A stretch of DNA of 64,000 nucleotides from assembly GCA_963833225.1 (NCBI GenBank), contig CAWHXD010000019.1:384001-448000 (forward strand), written 5' to 3'. The notes below the pieces were generated by a model, which made no database searches, was not told where the DNA came from, and was given only the letters and a program-made list of their open reading frames with translations. The translations under genes were made by a program, and so were the position numbers. Source of the stretch: an uncultured Chloroflexia bacterium. Lineage in GTDB: Bacteria > Chloroflexota > Limnocylindria > Limnocylindrales > CSP1-4. Of this stretch, positions 39,317-49,426 are shown one piece after another; the first letter of the stretch is position 1, and each line of letters opens with the position of its first letter.

Positions 39317-40582
39317 GTGACCCCGGCCACGGTCCGCCTCGCCTTTGGTCGAGATGGCCTCGAGATCGACGTGCCGGCCGGCGTGGACGTGCTCCTGCCA
39401 CGGGCCCGGGTACCGCTCGCCGACCCTGGGGCGGCGCTCCGGGCGGCGCTGGCCGCGCCGGCGACGGCCCATCCGCTGCCGGAGCTGGCGCCGATCGGCA
39501 GCACCGTGGCGGTGAGCGTCTGTGACGTCACGCGTCCGTTTCCATCGCGGGTGGTCCTCCCGGTGCTCCTCGATCAGCTCCCGGGCCGGCACGTGCGGCT
39601 GGTGATCGCCACCGGAAGTCATCGCGCGTGCACGGACCGGGAGCTCGAGGCGATGCTCGGACCCCGGGTTCTCGCCAGGTGCGAGGTGGTCCAGCATGAT
39701 GCGGATGACCCTGCCGCCCATGTCACGCTGGGAACGGTGCCCGGCTCGGATGTGCCGGCCCGCGTCGATCGCCGGTTCATCGAGGCGGATGTCCGGGTCA
39801 CGCTGGGATTCGTGGAGCCCCACTTCTTCGCGGGGTTCTCCGGCGGACCCAAGATGGTGGTTCCCGGCCTGGCCGGCATCGACACCATCCGCGAGCTGCA
39901 TTCGGTGGCCCGGATCGCCAGCCCCCACGCGACGTGGGGCGTGCTCGACGGCAACCCGGTCCATGATCCGATCCGGGCGATTGCCGCCCGCGCCGGCGTG
40001 GACTTCGCGCTCGACGTCGCGCTCGACGAGGGGAACCGGATCTCCGCCGTCTTCTCGGGGTCGCTGGAGGCCGAGCACCGCGAGGCATGCGCCGACGTCC
40101 GCCAGACGGCAATGGTCGGCGTCGCGGAGCCGTACGACGTCGTCGTCACGACCAACAGCGGGTATCCGCTGGACCAGAACCTCTACCAGTGCGTGAAGGG
40201 CCTCAAGGCCGCGGCGGGGATCGTGCGCGACGGTGGCACGATCATCCTGGCTGCGGCCTGCGAGGACGGGCTGCCAGCCCACGGCCGCTACGCGCACCTG
40301 CTGGCGAGCGCGCCCGGACCGGCCGAGTTCCTCGCGGCCCTCTCCCGAGGGGAGATCTCGGAGCGGGACCAGTGGCAGGTGCAGGTGCAGGCGGGGATCC
40401 AGGCGCGCGCTCGCGTCCTCGCCCACACGCCCGGCCTGGGCGCCGAGGATCTGCGGAGGGCGTGGCTTCAGGCGGCGGATGACGTGGCGGTCGCCCTGCG
40501 GGACGCCCTCGCGGTGGCCGGTCCGGGGGCGCGTGCGGCGATCCTGCCAGTCGGTCCCCAGACGATCGCGTATGTGACCTGA
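39317..40582 (+). CDS. larA: LarA-family nickel-pincer racemase/epimerase
   Basis: DVTRP, IATGSHR, QHDA, EPHFFAGFSGGPK, GYPLDQNLYQCVKG, DQWQ. Confidence 0.9.
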   Translation: MTPATVRLAFGRDGLEIDVPAGVDVLLPRARVPLADPGAALRAALAAPATAHPLPELAPIGSTVAVSVCDVTRPFPSRVVLPVLLDQLPGRHVRLVIATGSHRACTDRELEAMLGPRVLARCEVVQHDADDPAAHVTLGTVPGSDVPARVDRRFIEADVRVTLGFVEPHFFAGFSGGPKMVVPGLAGIDTIRELHSVARIASPHATWGVLDGNPVHDPIRAIAARAGVDFALDVALDEGNRISAVFSGSLEAEHREACADVRQTAMVGVAEPYDVVVTTNSGYPLDQNLYQCVKGLKAAAGIVRDGGTIILAAACEDGLPAHGRYAHLLASAPGPAEFLAALSRGEISERDQWQVQVQAGIQARARVLAHTPGLGAEDLRRAWLQAADDVAVALRDALAVAGPGARAAILPVGPQTIAYVT

Positions 40583-40650
40583 GCCCGTTCGTTTGACATG
40601 CCAACGTCCGCTGTCTACCGTGGACAAACGTTGTTTCAGAGGAGCCGACC

Positions 40651-41520
40651 TTGACCGTCATCGACGCCCACCAGCACTTCTGGAACCCGAGCCGCGTCGC
40701 CTATGACTGGCTGGGACCGGATCTGGGCCCGATCAACCGGGCCATCGAGTTTGCGGACCTGGAGCCGCTGCTTGCGGCCACGGGCGTGGAACGCACGGTC
40801 CTCGTCCAGTCGGCGGACAACGCAGCCGACACCGACTTCATGTTCGAGATCGCGGCCGCGCACCCCGAGATCGCGGCCGTGGTCGGCTGGGTCCCACTCG
40901 ATGATCCGGTTGCCACGGCGGAGCGCCTCCCGGTGTTGCTCGCGAACCCGGTGTTCGCCGGGATCCGCAACCTGATCCATACGCAGCCCGATCCCGACTG
41001 GCTGCTGAGGCCCGACGTGGATGAGTCCCTGGGCCTCCTCGCTGCCCGGGACGTGCCGTTCGACGTCGTATCGGTCCTGCCCCGGCACCTGGAGCACGTC
41101 CCGACCCTGTCCGAGCGACACCCCGAGCTCCGGATGGTCATCGACCATCTCTCCAAGCCGCCCATCAAGGCCGCGAGCGACGAGCCCTGGCGGTCCCTCA
41201 TCGCTCGCGCGGCCGAGAACCCGCTCGTGTTCGCCAAGGTCTCGGGTCTGTACCCGTCCGTCGGCGACATGGCCGCCTGGACAGCGGACGACGTGCGGCC
41301 CTATCTGCACACGGCCCTCGAGCTGTTCGGCGCCAAGCGCCTCATGTTCGGTGGCGACTGGCCGATCTCGGTGCTGGCCGGTGGGTACGTGCGGGTGTGG
41401 GAGAACCTGAGCAGCCTGTTCGACGAGCTGTCGGCCGAAGACCGGGAAGCCATCCTGGGTGGGACCGCGGCGCAGTTCTATGGAATCCCGGCGGGCCGGC
41501 TCCCGGGAGGCGGCGCGTGA
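40651..41520 (+). CDS. Amidohydrolase, L-fucono/L-galactono-lactonase-like
   Basis: IDAHQHFW, VLVQ, IDHLSKP, AKVSGL, RLMFGGDWP. Confidence 0.88.
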   Translation: MTVIDAHQHFWNPSRVAYDWLGPDLGPINRAIEFADLEPLLAATGVERTVLVQSADNAADTDFMFEIAAAHPEIAAVVGWVPLDDPVATAERLPVLLANPVFAGIRNLIHTQPDPDWLLRPDVDESLGLLAARDVPFDVVSVLPRHLEHVPTLSERHPELRMVIDHLSKPPIKAASDEPWRSLIARAAENPLVFAKVSGLYPSVGDMAAWTADDVRPYLHTALELFGAKRLMFGGDWPISVLAGGYVRVWENLSSLFDELSAEDREAILGGTAAQFYGIPAGRLPGGGA

Positions 41521-42599
41521 TCACGCGGTTTGATCCCGTCGCCGAGGCCTGCCGGATCGAGGTCCCCGACGCCCATCGACGGCCGATCGCCATCGTCGGC
41601 GCCGGCGCCATCGTGGACTTCGCGCACCTGCCGGCCTATCGCGCCGCCGGCCTCGAGGTTGCCGGGATCCACAACCACCATCCCGCGCGGGCCGTCGACG
41701 TGGCCGGCCGTCACGGTGTGCCGCGGGTCTACGAGACGCTCGAGGACCTGCTTGGCGACGACCGGGTCGAGGTGGTGGACGTCGCCGTGTCCGCGGCCGC
41801 CCAGCCCGAGATCGTGCGCCGGGCGCTCGAATCGGGGCGCCACGTGCTAGCCCAGAAGCCGTTCGCACCGGATCCGGCCACCGGCCAGGCGCTGGTGGAC
41901 CTCGCCGAGTCGCGCGGGCTGGTCCTGGTCGTGAACCAGCAGCTCCGCTTCGACGAGGGGATGGCCGCGGCCCACCGGATGGTCGAGCTGGGCTGGATCG
42001 GCGACGTCACCGCGATGTCGATCACGGTCAACATCTGGACGGACTGGCATTCCTGGCCATGGATGCTCGAGACACCCCGGCTGGAGGTGATGGTCCATTC
42101 GATCCACTATCACGACGTGATCCGCTGGTTCCTGGGCGAGCCGTCGCTCGTGTTCAGCGTCGGAGGCCGCACGCCGGGCCAGGCGCCCGTCGGGGAGACG
42201 CGGACCGTGACCACGTCCACCTATCCGTCCGGCGCGATCTCCGTGGTCCACGCCAACCACGAGAACGGCACCGGTGACAACCTCGCGACGTTCCGCATCG
42301 ATGGCTCGCGGGGTGCGATCCGGGGCACCCTGGGCCTGCTCTACGACTACCCCAGCGGGCGGCCGGACACCCTGGAGATCAGCAGCGAGGTGCTGCCGAC
42401 TGACGGCTGGGTCCCCTATCCGGTGGGCTCACGCTGGCTGCCCGACGCGTTCCTGGGGCCTATGGCGTCGCTGCTGCGGGCGGTCGCCACCGGGTCCACG
42501 CCCCGTTCCAGCGGCCGCGACAACGTGGGCACGCTGCGGCAGATCCAGCGGATCTACGAATCGATGGAGCGGGGAGCGGCGGTCCGGGTCGAGGGCTGA
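41517..42599 (+). CDS. Gfo/Idh/MocA oxidoreductase
   Basis: IVGAGAIV..AHLPAY, LAQKP, VNQQLR, HSIHYHD. Confidence 0.9.
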   Translation: MITRFDPVAEACRIEVPDAHRRPIAIVGAGAIVDFAHLPAYRAAGLEVAGIHNHHPARAVDVAGRHGVPRVYETLEDLLGDDRVEVVDVAVSAAAQPEIVRRALESGRHVLAQKPFAPDPATGQALVDLAESRGLVLVVNQQLRFDEGMAAAHRMVELGWIGDVTAMSITVNIWTDWHSWPWMLETPRLEVMVHSIHYHDVIRWFLGEPSLVFSVGGRTPGQAPVGETRTVTTSTYPSGAISVVHANHENGTGDNLATFRIDGSRGAIRGTLGLLYDYPSGRPDTLEISSEVLPTDGWVPYPVGSRWLPDAFLGPMASLLRAVATGSTPRSSGRDNVGTLRQIQRIYESMERGAAVRVEG

Positions 42600-42610
42600 G
42601 CCGGCGCCGA

Positions 42611-43072
42611 TCAGGCGGGTGCCGACCCGCGCTTCTCGACGACGTACAGGTGGACGAGGACGAGCACCACCTCGCCGGCCTGGTTGGTCACGGTCACCGT
42701 CTCCTCGACCATGCCCAGCGCCTCGGGTCGCCGGCGGTGGTCGGCCAGGCCCGTGATCTCGGCTCGCACCGTGATCGTGTCACCGATGAACACGGGCCGC
42801 ACGAACCGGACCCGATCGTAGCCGTAGCTCATCGCCCGGGGGTTGATGTCGCCCGCCGTCATGCCCACGGCCATCGACATCACGAGCGTGCCATGTGCCA
42901 TCCGGCGCTCGAAGGCCTGCGTGGCGCACCACTCGGCGTCCATGTGGTGGGGGAAGAAGTCGCCGGTCTGCCCGGCGTGCAGGACGATGTCGGCCTCGGT
43001 CACGGTCCGGCCCGTGGTCGTCCGGCTGGTGCCGGTGACGTAGTCCTCGAAGAACGCCTCAACCGTGTTCAT
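42611..43072 (-). CDS. MaoC-family (acyl-CoA) dehydratase
   Basis: [31 protein letters not shown]. Confidence 0.9.
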   Translation of the reverse strand: MNTVEAFFEDYVTGTSRTTTGRTVTEADIVLHAGQTGDFFPHHMDAEWCATQAFERRMAHGTLVMSMAVGMTAGDINPRAMSYGYDRVRFVRPVFIGDTITVRAEITGLADHRRRPEALGMVEETVTVTNQAGEVVLVLVHLYVVEKRGSAPA

Positions 43073-44217
43073 GTCGCGGTCTCCTCCTCCCGTGCCCGGG
43101 CGACCACCCGGTCGGCCGCCTCCAGGCAGGCCGCGTCGGTCAGCTCACCGCGCAGGGCCCGGTTGACCAGCCCGCCCACCTCGTCCTGGACCTGCAGCCA
43201 GCCATCGAACCGGGGCCGCACCCAGGCGCCGTCCAGCGTCCGCCGCGTGCCGCGGAAGAACCCCAGGCTGTCGGCGTCGACCGCCTCGTCGTCCCAGGCG
43301 TCGATGTTGGCCGGCTGGCCGCCGCTGGCGTAGTAGACGCCGCGCTGGACCTCGCCGCTCGCGAGCCAGAAGGCATGGTCGACGGCAATCTCCGGCTGCG
43401 GCGAGAAGGCCGACACCGCGATCCCGGCGCCACCCAGGCAGGAGCCGGCGACGCCCCGGGGACCGGCGGGCATGTCCACGTAGGCGAGGCGGTGGGCACG
43501 GAACCCGGCACGGCTGTAGTTCGTATAGCCGAAGGCGAGCGGCGCGTAGCACCAGCGATCATCAGTGGCGAGGCGTTCCGCAGCCTGGATCGGGTTCTCG
43601 TCGAGGCATGCCGGATCGACCAGCTCCGCGAGGTGGTGCAGGTCCTCGAGGATGCCCTCGCCGTCCCCGCGGGCGATGAACCCGTCCCCGGCGATCGCGG
43701 CGCCGCGGTTTGCCGCGAGCGTCAGGAAGCTCGAGATGGCGTCCACCGGCTTGGCCGGCCAGACGACCCTGCCCGTGCGTGCGAGCTCGAGCACCTCGTC
43801 CCACGTCTTCGGCGGCACGGGCAGCAGATCGGGGCGATGGATGGCCACCTGGGCCGCGGCATCGATCGCGAGGCCGTACTGGTGACCGGCGTGCGCATAG
43901 GTCGCGTGTGACGGGCCGACGGCCTGCGTCGCGAGGGCCGCAAGCTCCACGTCACGACCGCACGTGTCGAGCGCGGCGAGGAGCCCGGCTGTCGCCGCGT
44001 GCGGGATGTGCGGATGGTCGATCACCATCAGGTCGTACGTCCGGGCGAGGGTCTCGAGCGGCTGGTCGGCGAACCCCTGGAGCGATCGGGCCTCCCACTC
44101 CACCCGCACGCCGGGGTGGAGCGAGCTGTAGGCCTCCGCCGCCCCCCGCACGCTGTCCAGGCCGCGCGGATGGTCCCACGTCATGCCTCGGAGAACCGCC
44201 GGCAGCGGATCGCTCAT
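43069..44217 (-). CDS. Solute-binding-protein fold without a signal peptide
   Basis: [42 protein letters not shown]; overlaps both neighbours by 4 bp. Confidence 0.75.
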   Translation of the reverse strand: MSDPLPAVLRGMTWDHPRGLDSVRGAAEAYSSLHPGVRVEWEARSLQGFADQPLETLARTYDLMVIDHPHIPHAATAGLLAALDTCGRDVELAALATQAVGPSHATYAHAGHQYGLAIDAAAQVAIHRPDLLPVPPKTWDEVLELARTGRVVWPAKPVDAISSFLTLAANRGAAIAGDGFIARGDGEGILEDLHHLAELVDPACLDENPIQAAERLATDDRWCYAPLAFGYTNYSRAGFRAHRLAYVDMPAGPRGVAGSCLGGAGIAVSAFSPQPEIAVDHAFWLASGEVQRGVYYASGGQPANIDAWDDEAVDADSLGFFRGTRRTLDGAWVRPRFDGWLQVQDEVGGLVNRALRGELTDAACLEAADRVVARAREEETAT

Positions 44218-45464
44218 GCGCCCGCCGCGTCGTCGATGGGACGGAGGTCCAGCTCCGCGTCGATGGACGCCGTGTGCTCGCCCAGCCGCGGGGCGCCCCG
44301 GTCGCCGCCCAGCGTGCCGTGGTCGATCCGCAGCGGGCTCCGGGTCGTGTGCAGGGTCACCTCGCCGTCGCCCGTAGCCGAGGGCCGTCGCACCACCCGG
44401 TCCATCGCCAGGGCATGGAACCCCTCGTGGCCGACGAGATCGGGCAGCGTGAGCACGGGAGCGCACCACACGTCCGCCGGCTCCAGGATGTCGAGCCAGT
44501 CGCGGGTCGGGCGCGTGGACAGGTGGGCCGCCAGCAGGTCCTCGATCCGCTCCCGCTCCGTCCACCACGTCTCGGGGTCGCCGAATGCCGACAGGGCATC
44601 GAGCCCGATGAGCTCGCCGAGCCGCGGCACCGAGTTCATCGCGAGCGCGAGGTACCCGTCCGCGGTGGGGTAGACGCCGTACGGGGCGGCGAGGAAGGCG
44701 TTGGCCCCGTGCGGTCCACCGCGGTCAACGAGCACCGACGGATCGTTCAGGTGGGCGCTGAGGAGCTCGAACTGGAGGTCGAGCATTCCCTCCATCAGGC
44801 TGGTCTCCACCAGGCCACCCTTGCCGGTGCGCTCACGGCGCAGGAGCAGCGCCGTGATGCCCTGCGCCAGGTGGACCGAGGCGAGCAGGTCCGCGATCGA
44901 CAGCCCGACCGGCACCGGCCCGTGGTCCCGGCTCCCGCTGAGCCACGGCAGGCCCGACATCGACTGCGCGAGCAGGTCCTGGCCGGGCAGGTCGCGCCAC
45001 GGCCCATCGGGCCCGTAGCCGCTCACGCTCCCGTAGACCAGGCGCGGGTTGAGCGCCCGCGCGGATTCGAAGTCCAGCCCGATGCGCTCCATGACCCCCG
45101 GCCGGAAGTTCTGGATGAGCACGTCGGCGCGGGCCACGAGCCGGCGGATGGCCGCCAGGTCGGACGCGTTCTTGAGGTCGGCGGCGTAGCTCTCCTTGCC
45201 GCGGTTCATGATCTGGAACGAGAGGGTGTCGCCGTCGAGGAACTTGCCGGCGAAGGCGAGCGTGCGCCCGATGTCGCCGACCCCGGGACGCTCGATCTTG
45301 ATCACCCGGGCCCCGAGATCGGACAGCCGCATCGCGGCGACGGGCCCGGCGAGGAACTGGCTGAAGTCGAGGACCAGGATGCCGTCCAACGGCGGGATCG
45401 GCACCTTCCGGGCTCCCTCGCGTGCGGCACCCATCCGTGCTCCTCCCTCGTCGGCTCGGTTCAT
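44214..45464 (-). CDS. CaiB/BaiF family III CoA-transferase
   Basis: LDFSQFLAGP, GARVIKIE, NRGKES, QNFRPGVMERIG, PGQDLLAQ. Start approximate. Confidence 0.92.
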   Translation of the reverse strand: MNRADEGGARMGAAREGARKVPIPPLDGILVLDFSQFLAGPVAAMRLSDLGARVIKIERPGVGDIGRTLAFAGKFLDGDTLSFQIMNRGKESYAADLKNASDLAAIRRLVARADVLIQNFRPGVMERIGLDFESARALNPRLVYGSVSGYGPDGPWRDLPGQDLLAQSMSGLPWLSGSRDHGPVPVGLSIADLLASVHLAQGITALLLRRERTGKGGLVETSLMEGMLDLQFELLSAHLNDPSVLVDRGGPHGANAFLAAPYGVYPTADGYLALAMNSVPRLGELIGLDALSAFGDPETWWTERERIEDLLAAHLSTRPTRDWLDILEPADVWCAPVLTLPDLVGHEGFHALAMDRVVRRPSATGDGEVTLHTTRSPLRIDHGTLGGDRGAPRLGEHTASIDAELDLRPIDDAAGA

Positions 45465-45474
45465 CACGTCCTCG

Positions 45475-46689
45475 TCAGCTCGCCGATGCCCGCTCGGCGA
45501 CCGTGACCAGCGGCTGGCAGGCCGGCCCGATGGGCTCGAAGCTCTTGTAGCCGAGGACGAACTCCTGGTGGCCCATCTGCTCGCTCGCGGTCTGGCGGCC
45601 ATCGGCCACGTCACGGACCAGCTGCACGATCTCGGCACCGACCTCCGCCAGGGTTCCCCGGCCCTCGATCACGCGCCCGGCGTTGACGTCCATGTCGTCG
45701 GCCATCCGGGCGTACGTCTCGGGGTTGGCGCAGACCTTGACGATCGGCGAGATCGCGGACCCCACGACCGAGCCGCGGCCGGTCGTGAACAGGATCATGT
45801 GGGCGCCACAGGCCATGAGCTCGGCCGCCTCGGCGTTGTCGTTGATGTTGGGGAAGCCCCACCGCACCTCGCCGTCCGGGATCACGTCGAGCAGGTAGAG
45901 GCCTGGGTGGGCCGGGATGTCGCCGGGCTTGATGATCCCGCTGATGGCTGCCCGGCCGCTCTTGGCATAGGCGCCCAGGGACTTCTCCTCGATGGTCGTG
46001 AGCCCGCCCTCGGCGTTGCCGGCGGCGAAGCTCCCGTGCCCGAGCACGTTGTAGTAGGCCTCCGCCTTGTGCACGGCGCCCACGAGGGCCTGGCCCAGGT
46101 CCGGGGTGATCGCGCGCTCCGCCATCCGGTACTCGCAGCCGATGAGCTCGCCGGTCTCCTCGAAGATCGCGACCGCGCCGGCCGCCACCAGCTGGTCGAA
46201 CGCGAGGCCGACCGCCGGGTTGGCCGTGATGCCGCTGGTGCTGTCGGAGCCCCCGCAGATGGTGCCGATGACCAGGTCGGAGAGGTCCATCGGCACCCGC
46301 GGGACGCTGGCGATCTCGTTGATGGCCTGCCGGACCCAGGCCCGTCCGGCCTCGATCGTGGCTCGCGTGCCACCCGCGTGCTGGACGACCAGCGTGTGCA
46401 CCGGGCGGCCGCTCGCCGCGACGGTCCGCGCGAGCTCGGCCCGGTCGAACCCCTCGCAGCCCAGCGAGACGATCAGCACCGCACCGACGTTGGGATGGGT
46501 CGCGAGCCGGTGGAGCATCAGCGCCCCGTAGTCGTTGGGATAGCAGCCGCCGAACCCGATCACGTGGACGTCGTCCTCGAGCCCGCTCGCGATGCGGGTG
46601 GCGACGTGGTGGGAGCACTCGACCGTGTAGATCACCGCGACGACGTTGCGGATGCCCTTGCGGCCGTCGGACCGGAGGAACCCCTGCAT
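45475..46689 (-). CDS. UxaA/GarD-family sugar-acid dehydratase, large subunit
   Basis: GIRN, HPNVGAVL..LGCE, CGGSD..SGITANP, ETGE, GNAEGGLTTIEEKSLG, FTTGRG. Confidence 0.9.
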   Translation of the reverse strand: MQGFLRSDGRKGIRNVVAVIYTVECSHHVATRIASGLEDDVHVIGFGGCYPNDYGALMLHRLATHPNVGAVLIVSLGCEGFDRAELARTVAASGRPVHTLVVQHAGGTRATIEAGRAWVRQAINEIASVPRVPMDLSDLVIGTICGGSDSTSGITANPAVGLAFDQLVAAGAVAIFEETGELIGCEYRMAERAITPDLGQALVGAVHKAEAYYNVLGHGSFAAGNAEGGLTTIEEKSLGAYAKSGRAAISGIIKPGDIPAHPGLYLLDVIPDGEVRWGFPNINDNAEAAELMACGAHMILFTTGRGSVVGSAISPIVKVCANPETYARMADDMDVNAGRVIEGRGTLAEVGAEIVQLVRDVADGRQTASEQMGHQEFVLGYKSFEPIGPACQPLVTVAERASAS

Positions 46690-46693
46690 GCGG

Positions 46694-46999
46694 TCAGGCC
46701 TCCCCTCGCGCGTGCGTGCGCATGTAGATGCTGGTGAGGTTGTGGGTGTGGATCAGCTCGCCGCGGGTGACCGGCTGCGTCGTCCGTCCGATGGGCATCC
46801 CGTACCGGATCGCGTCGGTTCCCTGGGCGAGGTCCAGGGCAGCGACCTTGAACCCCAGTGGCAGCGGGACCTGCGTCTCGACGCTGACCCCGTCGACCAT
46901 CATCCGCTCGCCGGCGGCGATGGCGGCGATCACGATCAGCACGTTGTCCCCGTCCGCGAGCCGGAGCAGCCGGGGATCGGATCCGCCCGCGTCGCTCAC
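46694..46999 (-). CDS. SAF-domain small subunit of the split UxaA dehydratase
   Basis: DNV, GFKVA, RYGMPIG, GELIHTHNL. Confidence 0.88.
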   Translation of the reverse strand: MSDAGGSDPRLLRLADGDNVLIVIAAIAAGERMMVDGVSVETQVPLPLGFKVAALDLAQGTDAIRYGMPIGRTTQPVTRGELIHTHNLTSIYMRTHARGEA

Positions 47000-47685
47000 A
47001 GGACGTGCCACCGTTCCCAGACCTCGCGCAGGCTCGCACCCCCGAGGAGCTCCCCGAGGACCGACCGCTCGGCGGTTGCCCGGGCGGTGGCTCGCGCCAG
47101 GACCTCGGCCTCGACGGCGGCCGGCACCACGACCACGCCGTCATCGTCGGCAAGCACGAGGTCGCCGGGCGCGACGAGCACACCGCCGCAGCGGACGGGT
47201 TCGCCGGTCGAGACCACGCGCATCCGCCCCCGGAAGTCGACCGGCCGTGAGCCGGGCGCGAAGACGTCAAACCCGACGGACCGGATCTTGGCCACGTCGC
47301 GGACCGGGCCGTCGCAGACCGCGCCAGCAGCCCCGTGGCCCTTGGCGGCCGCCGAGAACAGCTCGCCCCAGTAGGCCGTCCGCAGATCACCCCCGGTGGC
47401 GATCACGGCGAGCGAGCCGTTGTCGAGCCCGTCGATGAAGTCCATCACGGCATCGTACGGGTTGTCGGGGTTCGTCTCAGTCGGGGCGAACTGGACCGTC
47501 CGGGCGCGCCCAACGGCTCGAGCGCCCGTCACCAGGGGCGCGATGGCCGGGATCATGACCTGCGCCCGGACCCCGAGCGTGTCGAGCGAATCGGACACGA
47601 TCGCCGACGTGAGCGCGGCCGCAAGCTGGGTGGGCAGATCCTCGAAGCGAGCCGCACGACCCTGGACATTCGTTTGCTCAGCCAT
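46996..47685 (-). CDS. RraA/HMG-CHA aldolase family protein
   Basis: SDSLD, GRART, AYWGELF, DGPVRD, PGDLVLADDDGVVVVP. Confidence 0.88.
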   Translation of the reverse strand: MAEQTNVQGRAARFEDLPTQLAAALTSAIVSDSLDTLGVRAQVMIPAIAPLVTGARAVGRARTVQFAPTETNPDNPYDAVMDFIDGLDNGSLAVIATGGDLRTAYWGELFSAAAKGHGAAGAVCDGPVRDVAKIRSVGFDVFAPGSRPVDFRGRMRVVSTGEPVRCGGVLVAPGDLVLADDDGVVVVPAAVEAEVLARATARATAERSVLGELLGGASLREVWERWHVL

Positions 47686-47774
47686 GCGGGGCAGTATAGC
47701 CACCCCGCTTCCGAGCGTACAGGGGGCAACTTCCGGCTGAAATGTATCGTTCGATATAGGAGCGTCGAGGGTGC

Positions 47775-47789
47775 TGTTTATCGTTACCA
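47775..47789. promoter_or_regulatory. LacI-type operator in a divergent promoter
   Basis: TGTTTATCGTTACCA (reverse TGGTAACGATAAACA) sits next to TTGACA at ~47792 in an AT-rich stretch. Confidence 0.55.
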
Positions 47790-47895
47790 GATTGACATTT
47801 GCGGCCGCGAATGGTTACCCTGCCTTCGTTCCGGCGCTGTCCGTTCAGGTCGGTCGCCGGCGGTGGCAGGGACCACACCTTTGGAGGAGCTATCT

Positions 47896-49290
47896 ATGCG
47901 CTCACTGTCCAGGCATTCCGGCCTGGCCCGTCTGGTCGCCGGCGGCACCGTCGCGGTGCTCCTGGTGTCCGCATGCTCGGGCTCGTCGAGCACACCGGCG
48001 CCCGCATCGCAGGCGCCCGGCGCGTCCACGGCTCCCGCGACCCAGGCGCCCGCCGATGACAACGCCACTGACTCGGGCGGCCCCATCATGGTCTGGGTGG
48101 ACGCCCCGCGCGTCCCCGCCGCCGAGGCGTTCCAGAAGGCCTACCCGGACATCCAGATCGAGATCAACGCGATCCCGGGCAACGTCGGCAGCACCGACCT
48201 GCAGCAGAAGTTCGCCCTGTTCAACCAGGCCGGCAGCGGCTGGCCGGACGCGATCTTCTTCCCGTCCAACGACGACATCGCCTGGGCGACCAGCGCCAAG
48301 ATCAACTACGCCCGCGACCTGAGCGGCCTGCTCGGGGACTACCTCACGGGCTACACCGAAGCCAACAACGCCCCGTGCAACATCGACGGCCAGGTCCGCT
48401 GCGCCCGCAACGACTCGGCACCCGACGTGTTCTGGTACAACAAGACGCTGTTCGACGAGTGGGGCTACACCCCGCCGACGACGTGGGAGGCGTACCAGGA
48501 CCTCGGCATCAAGATCGCCACCGAGCATCCGGGCTACATCAGCGGCTTCCTCGGTGACGCCTACGCGCCGGACCGCTACCTGTGGGCCAGCGGCTGCCCG
48601 ACCAACGACCGCCTGTCCGAGACCAAGGTCCACATCAACACCAGCGATCCGATGTGCACGCGGGTCGTGGACCTCGTCGACAAGATGGTCGCGGCCGGGG
48701 CCCTCAGCGCCGTCGGCATCTTCGACCCCAACGCCGCCGAGATCGGCCCCAAGCTCGCCATGAGCCCGGGCGCCGTGTGGTGGGGCAACTACCTGTTCCG
48801 CGACACCTGGAAGATCCCGGCCGGCCAGATGACCGCCACCAACCCGATCAACTGGACCGGCGAGACCCCCGGCTTCACCGGTGACGAGGGGGGCGGCCTG
48901 TGGGGCGTCTCCAGCCACATCAAGGGCAAGCAGCTCGATAACACGCTGACCTTCATCAAGTTCGTCACCAGCGACCCGCGCTGGCAGGTCGATCTCTCGA
49001 CCGGCCTTCCCGCCTACACGGCTCCCCAGCAGGCGTGGCTCGACAAGGGCGCGAAGGACGGCTACTTCGCCGACTACCCGACGACTGCGGCGGCCATGGT
49101 CGAAGCCGGCAACCGCGTTCGCGGCAACCACTACTACATGCTCTACAACACCGGCGGCATCTGGAGCAAGACCGTGACGCCGGTCCTCACCGCGGGCCAG
49201 GACCTCAGCGCGGCCTGGGATGCCTTCGGCACCCAGCTCGTCAACGAGGCCAAGACCTTCGGGTACGAGGTCGTCGACACCGGGAACTGA
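47896..49290 (+). CDS. Carbohydrate ABC transporter substrate-binding lipoprotein
   Basis: GGAGG RBS; lipobox LVSAC; Ala/Pro linker; WYNKTLF..PTTWE. Confidence 0.9.
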   Translation: MRSLSRHSGLARLVAGGTVAVLLVSACSGSSSTPAPASQAPGASTAPATQAPADDNATDSGGPIMVWVDAPRVPAAEAFQKAYPDIQIEINAIPGNVGSTDLQQKFALFNQAGSGWPDAIFFPSNDDIAWATSAKINYARDLSGLLGDYLTGYTEANNAPCNIDGQVRCARNDSAPDVFWYNKTLFDEWGYTPPTTWEAYQDLGIKIATEHPGYISGFLGDAYAPDRYLWASGCPTNDRLSETKVHINTSDPMCTRVVDLVDKMVAAGALSAVGIFDPNAAEIGPKLAMSPGAVWWGNYLFRDTWKIPAGQMTATNPINWTGETPGFTGDEGGGLWGVSSHIKGKQLDNTLTFIKFVTSDPRWQVDLSTGLPAYTAPQQAWLDKGAKDGYFADYPTTAAAMVEAGNRVRGNHYYMLYNTGGIWSKTVTPVLTAGQDLSAAWDAFGTQLVNEAKTFGYEVVDTGN

Positions 49291-49302
49291 TCCCTGCGCA
49301 GG

Positions 49303-49365
49303 CAGCCTCCCGGCCCCCGGGAGGCTGACTAGACTGATGGGGAAGGGCCTGTGTCCTTCCCCATC
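49303..49365 (+). terminator. Two tandem hairpins after the SBP gene
   Basis: CAGCCTCCCGG-CCC-CCGGGAGGCTG and GATGGGGAAGG-N8-CCTTCCCCATC. Confidence 0.6.
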
Positions 49366-49426
49366 ACGAGTTCCAGCGCCAATCGCCCCATCCTCGTCAC
49401 AGCCCGTGAGGTGACCGCAGGCCCGC

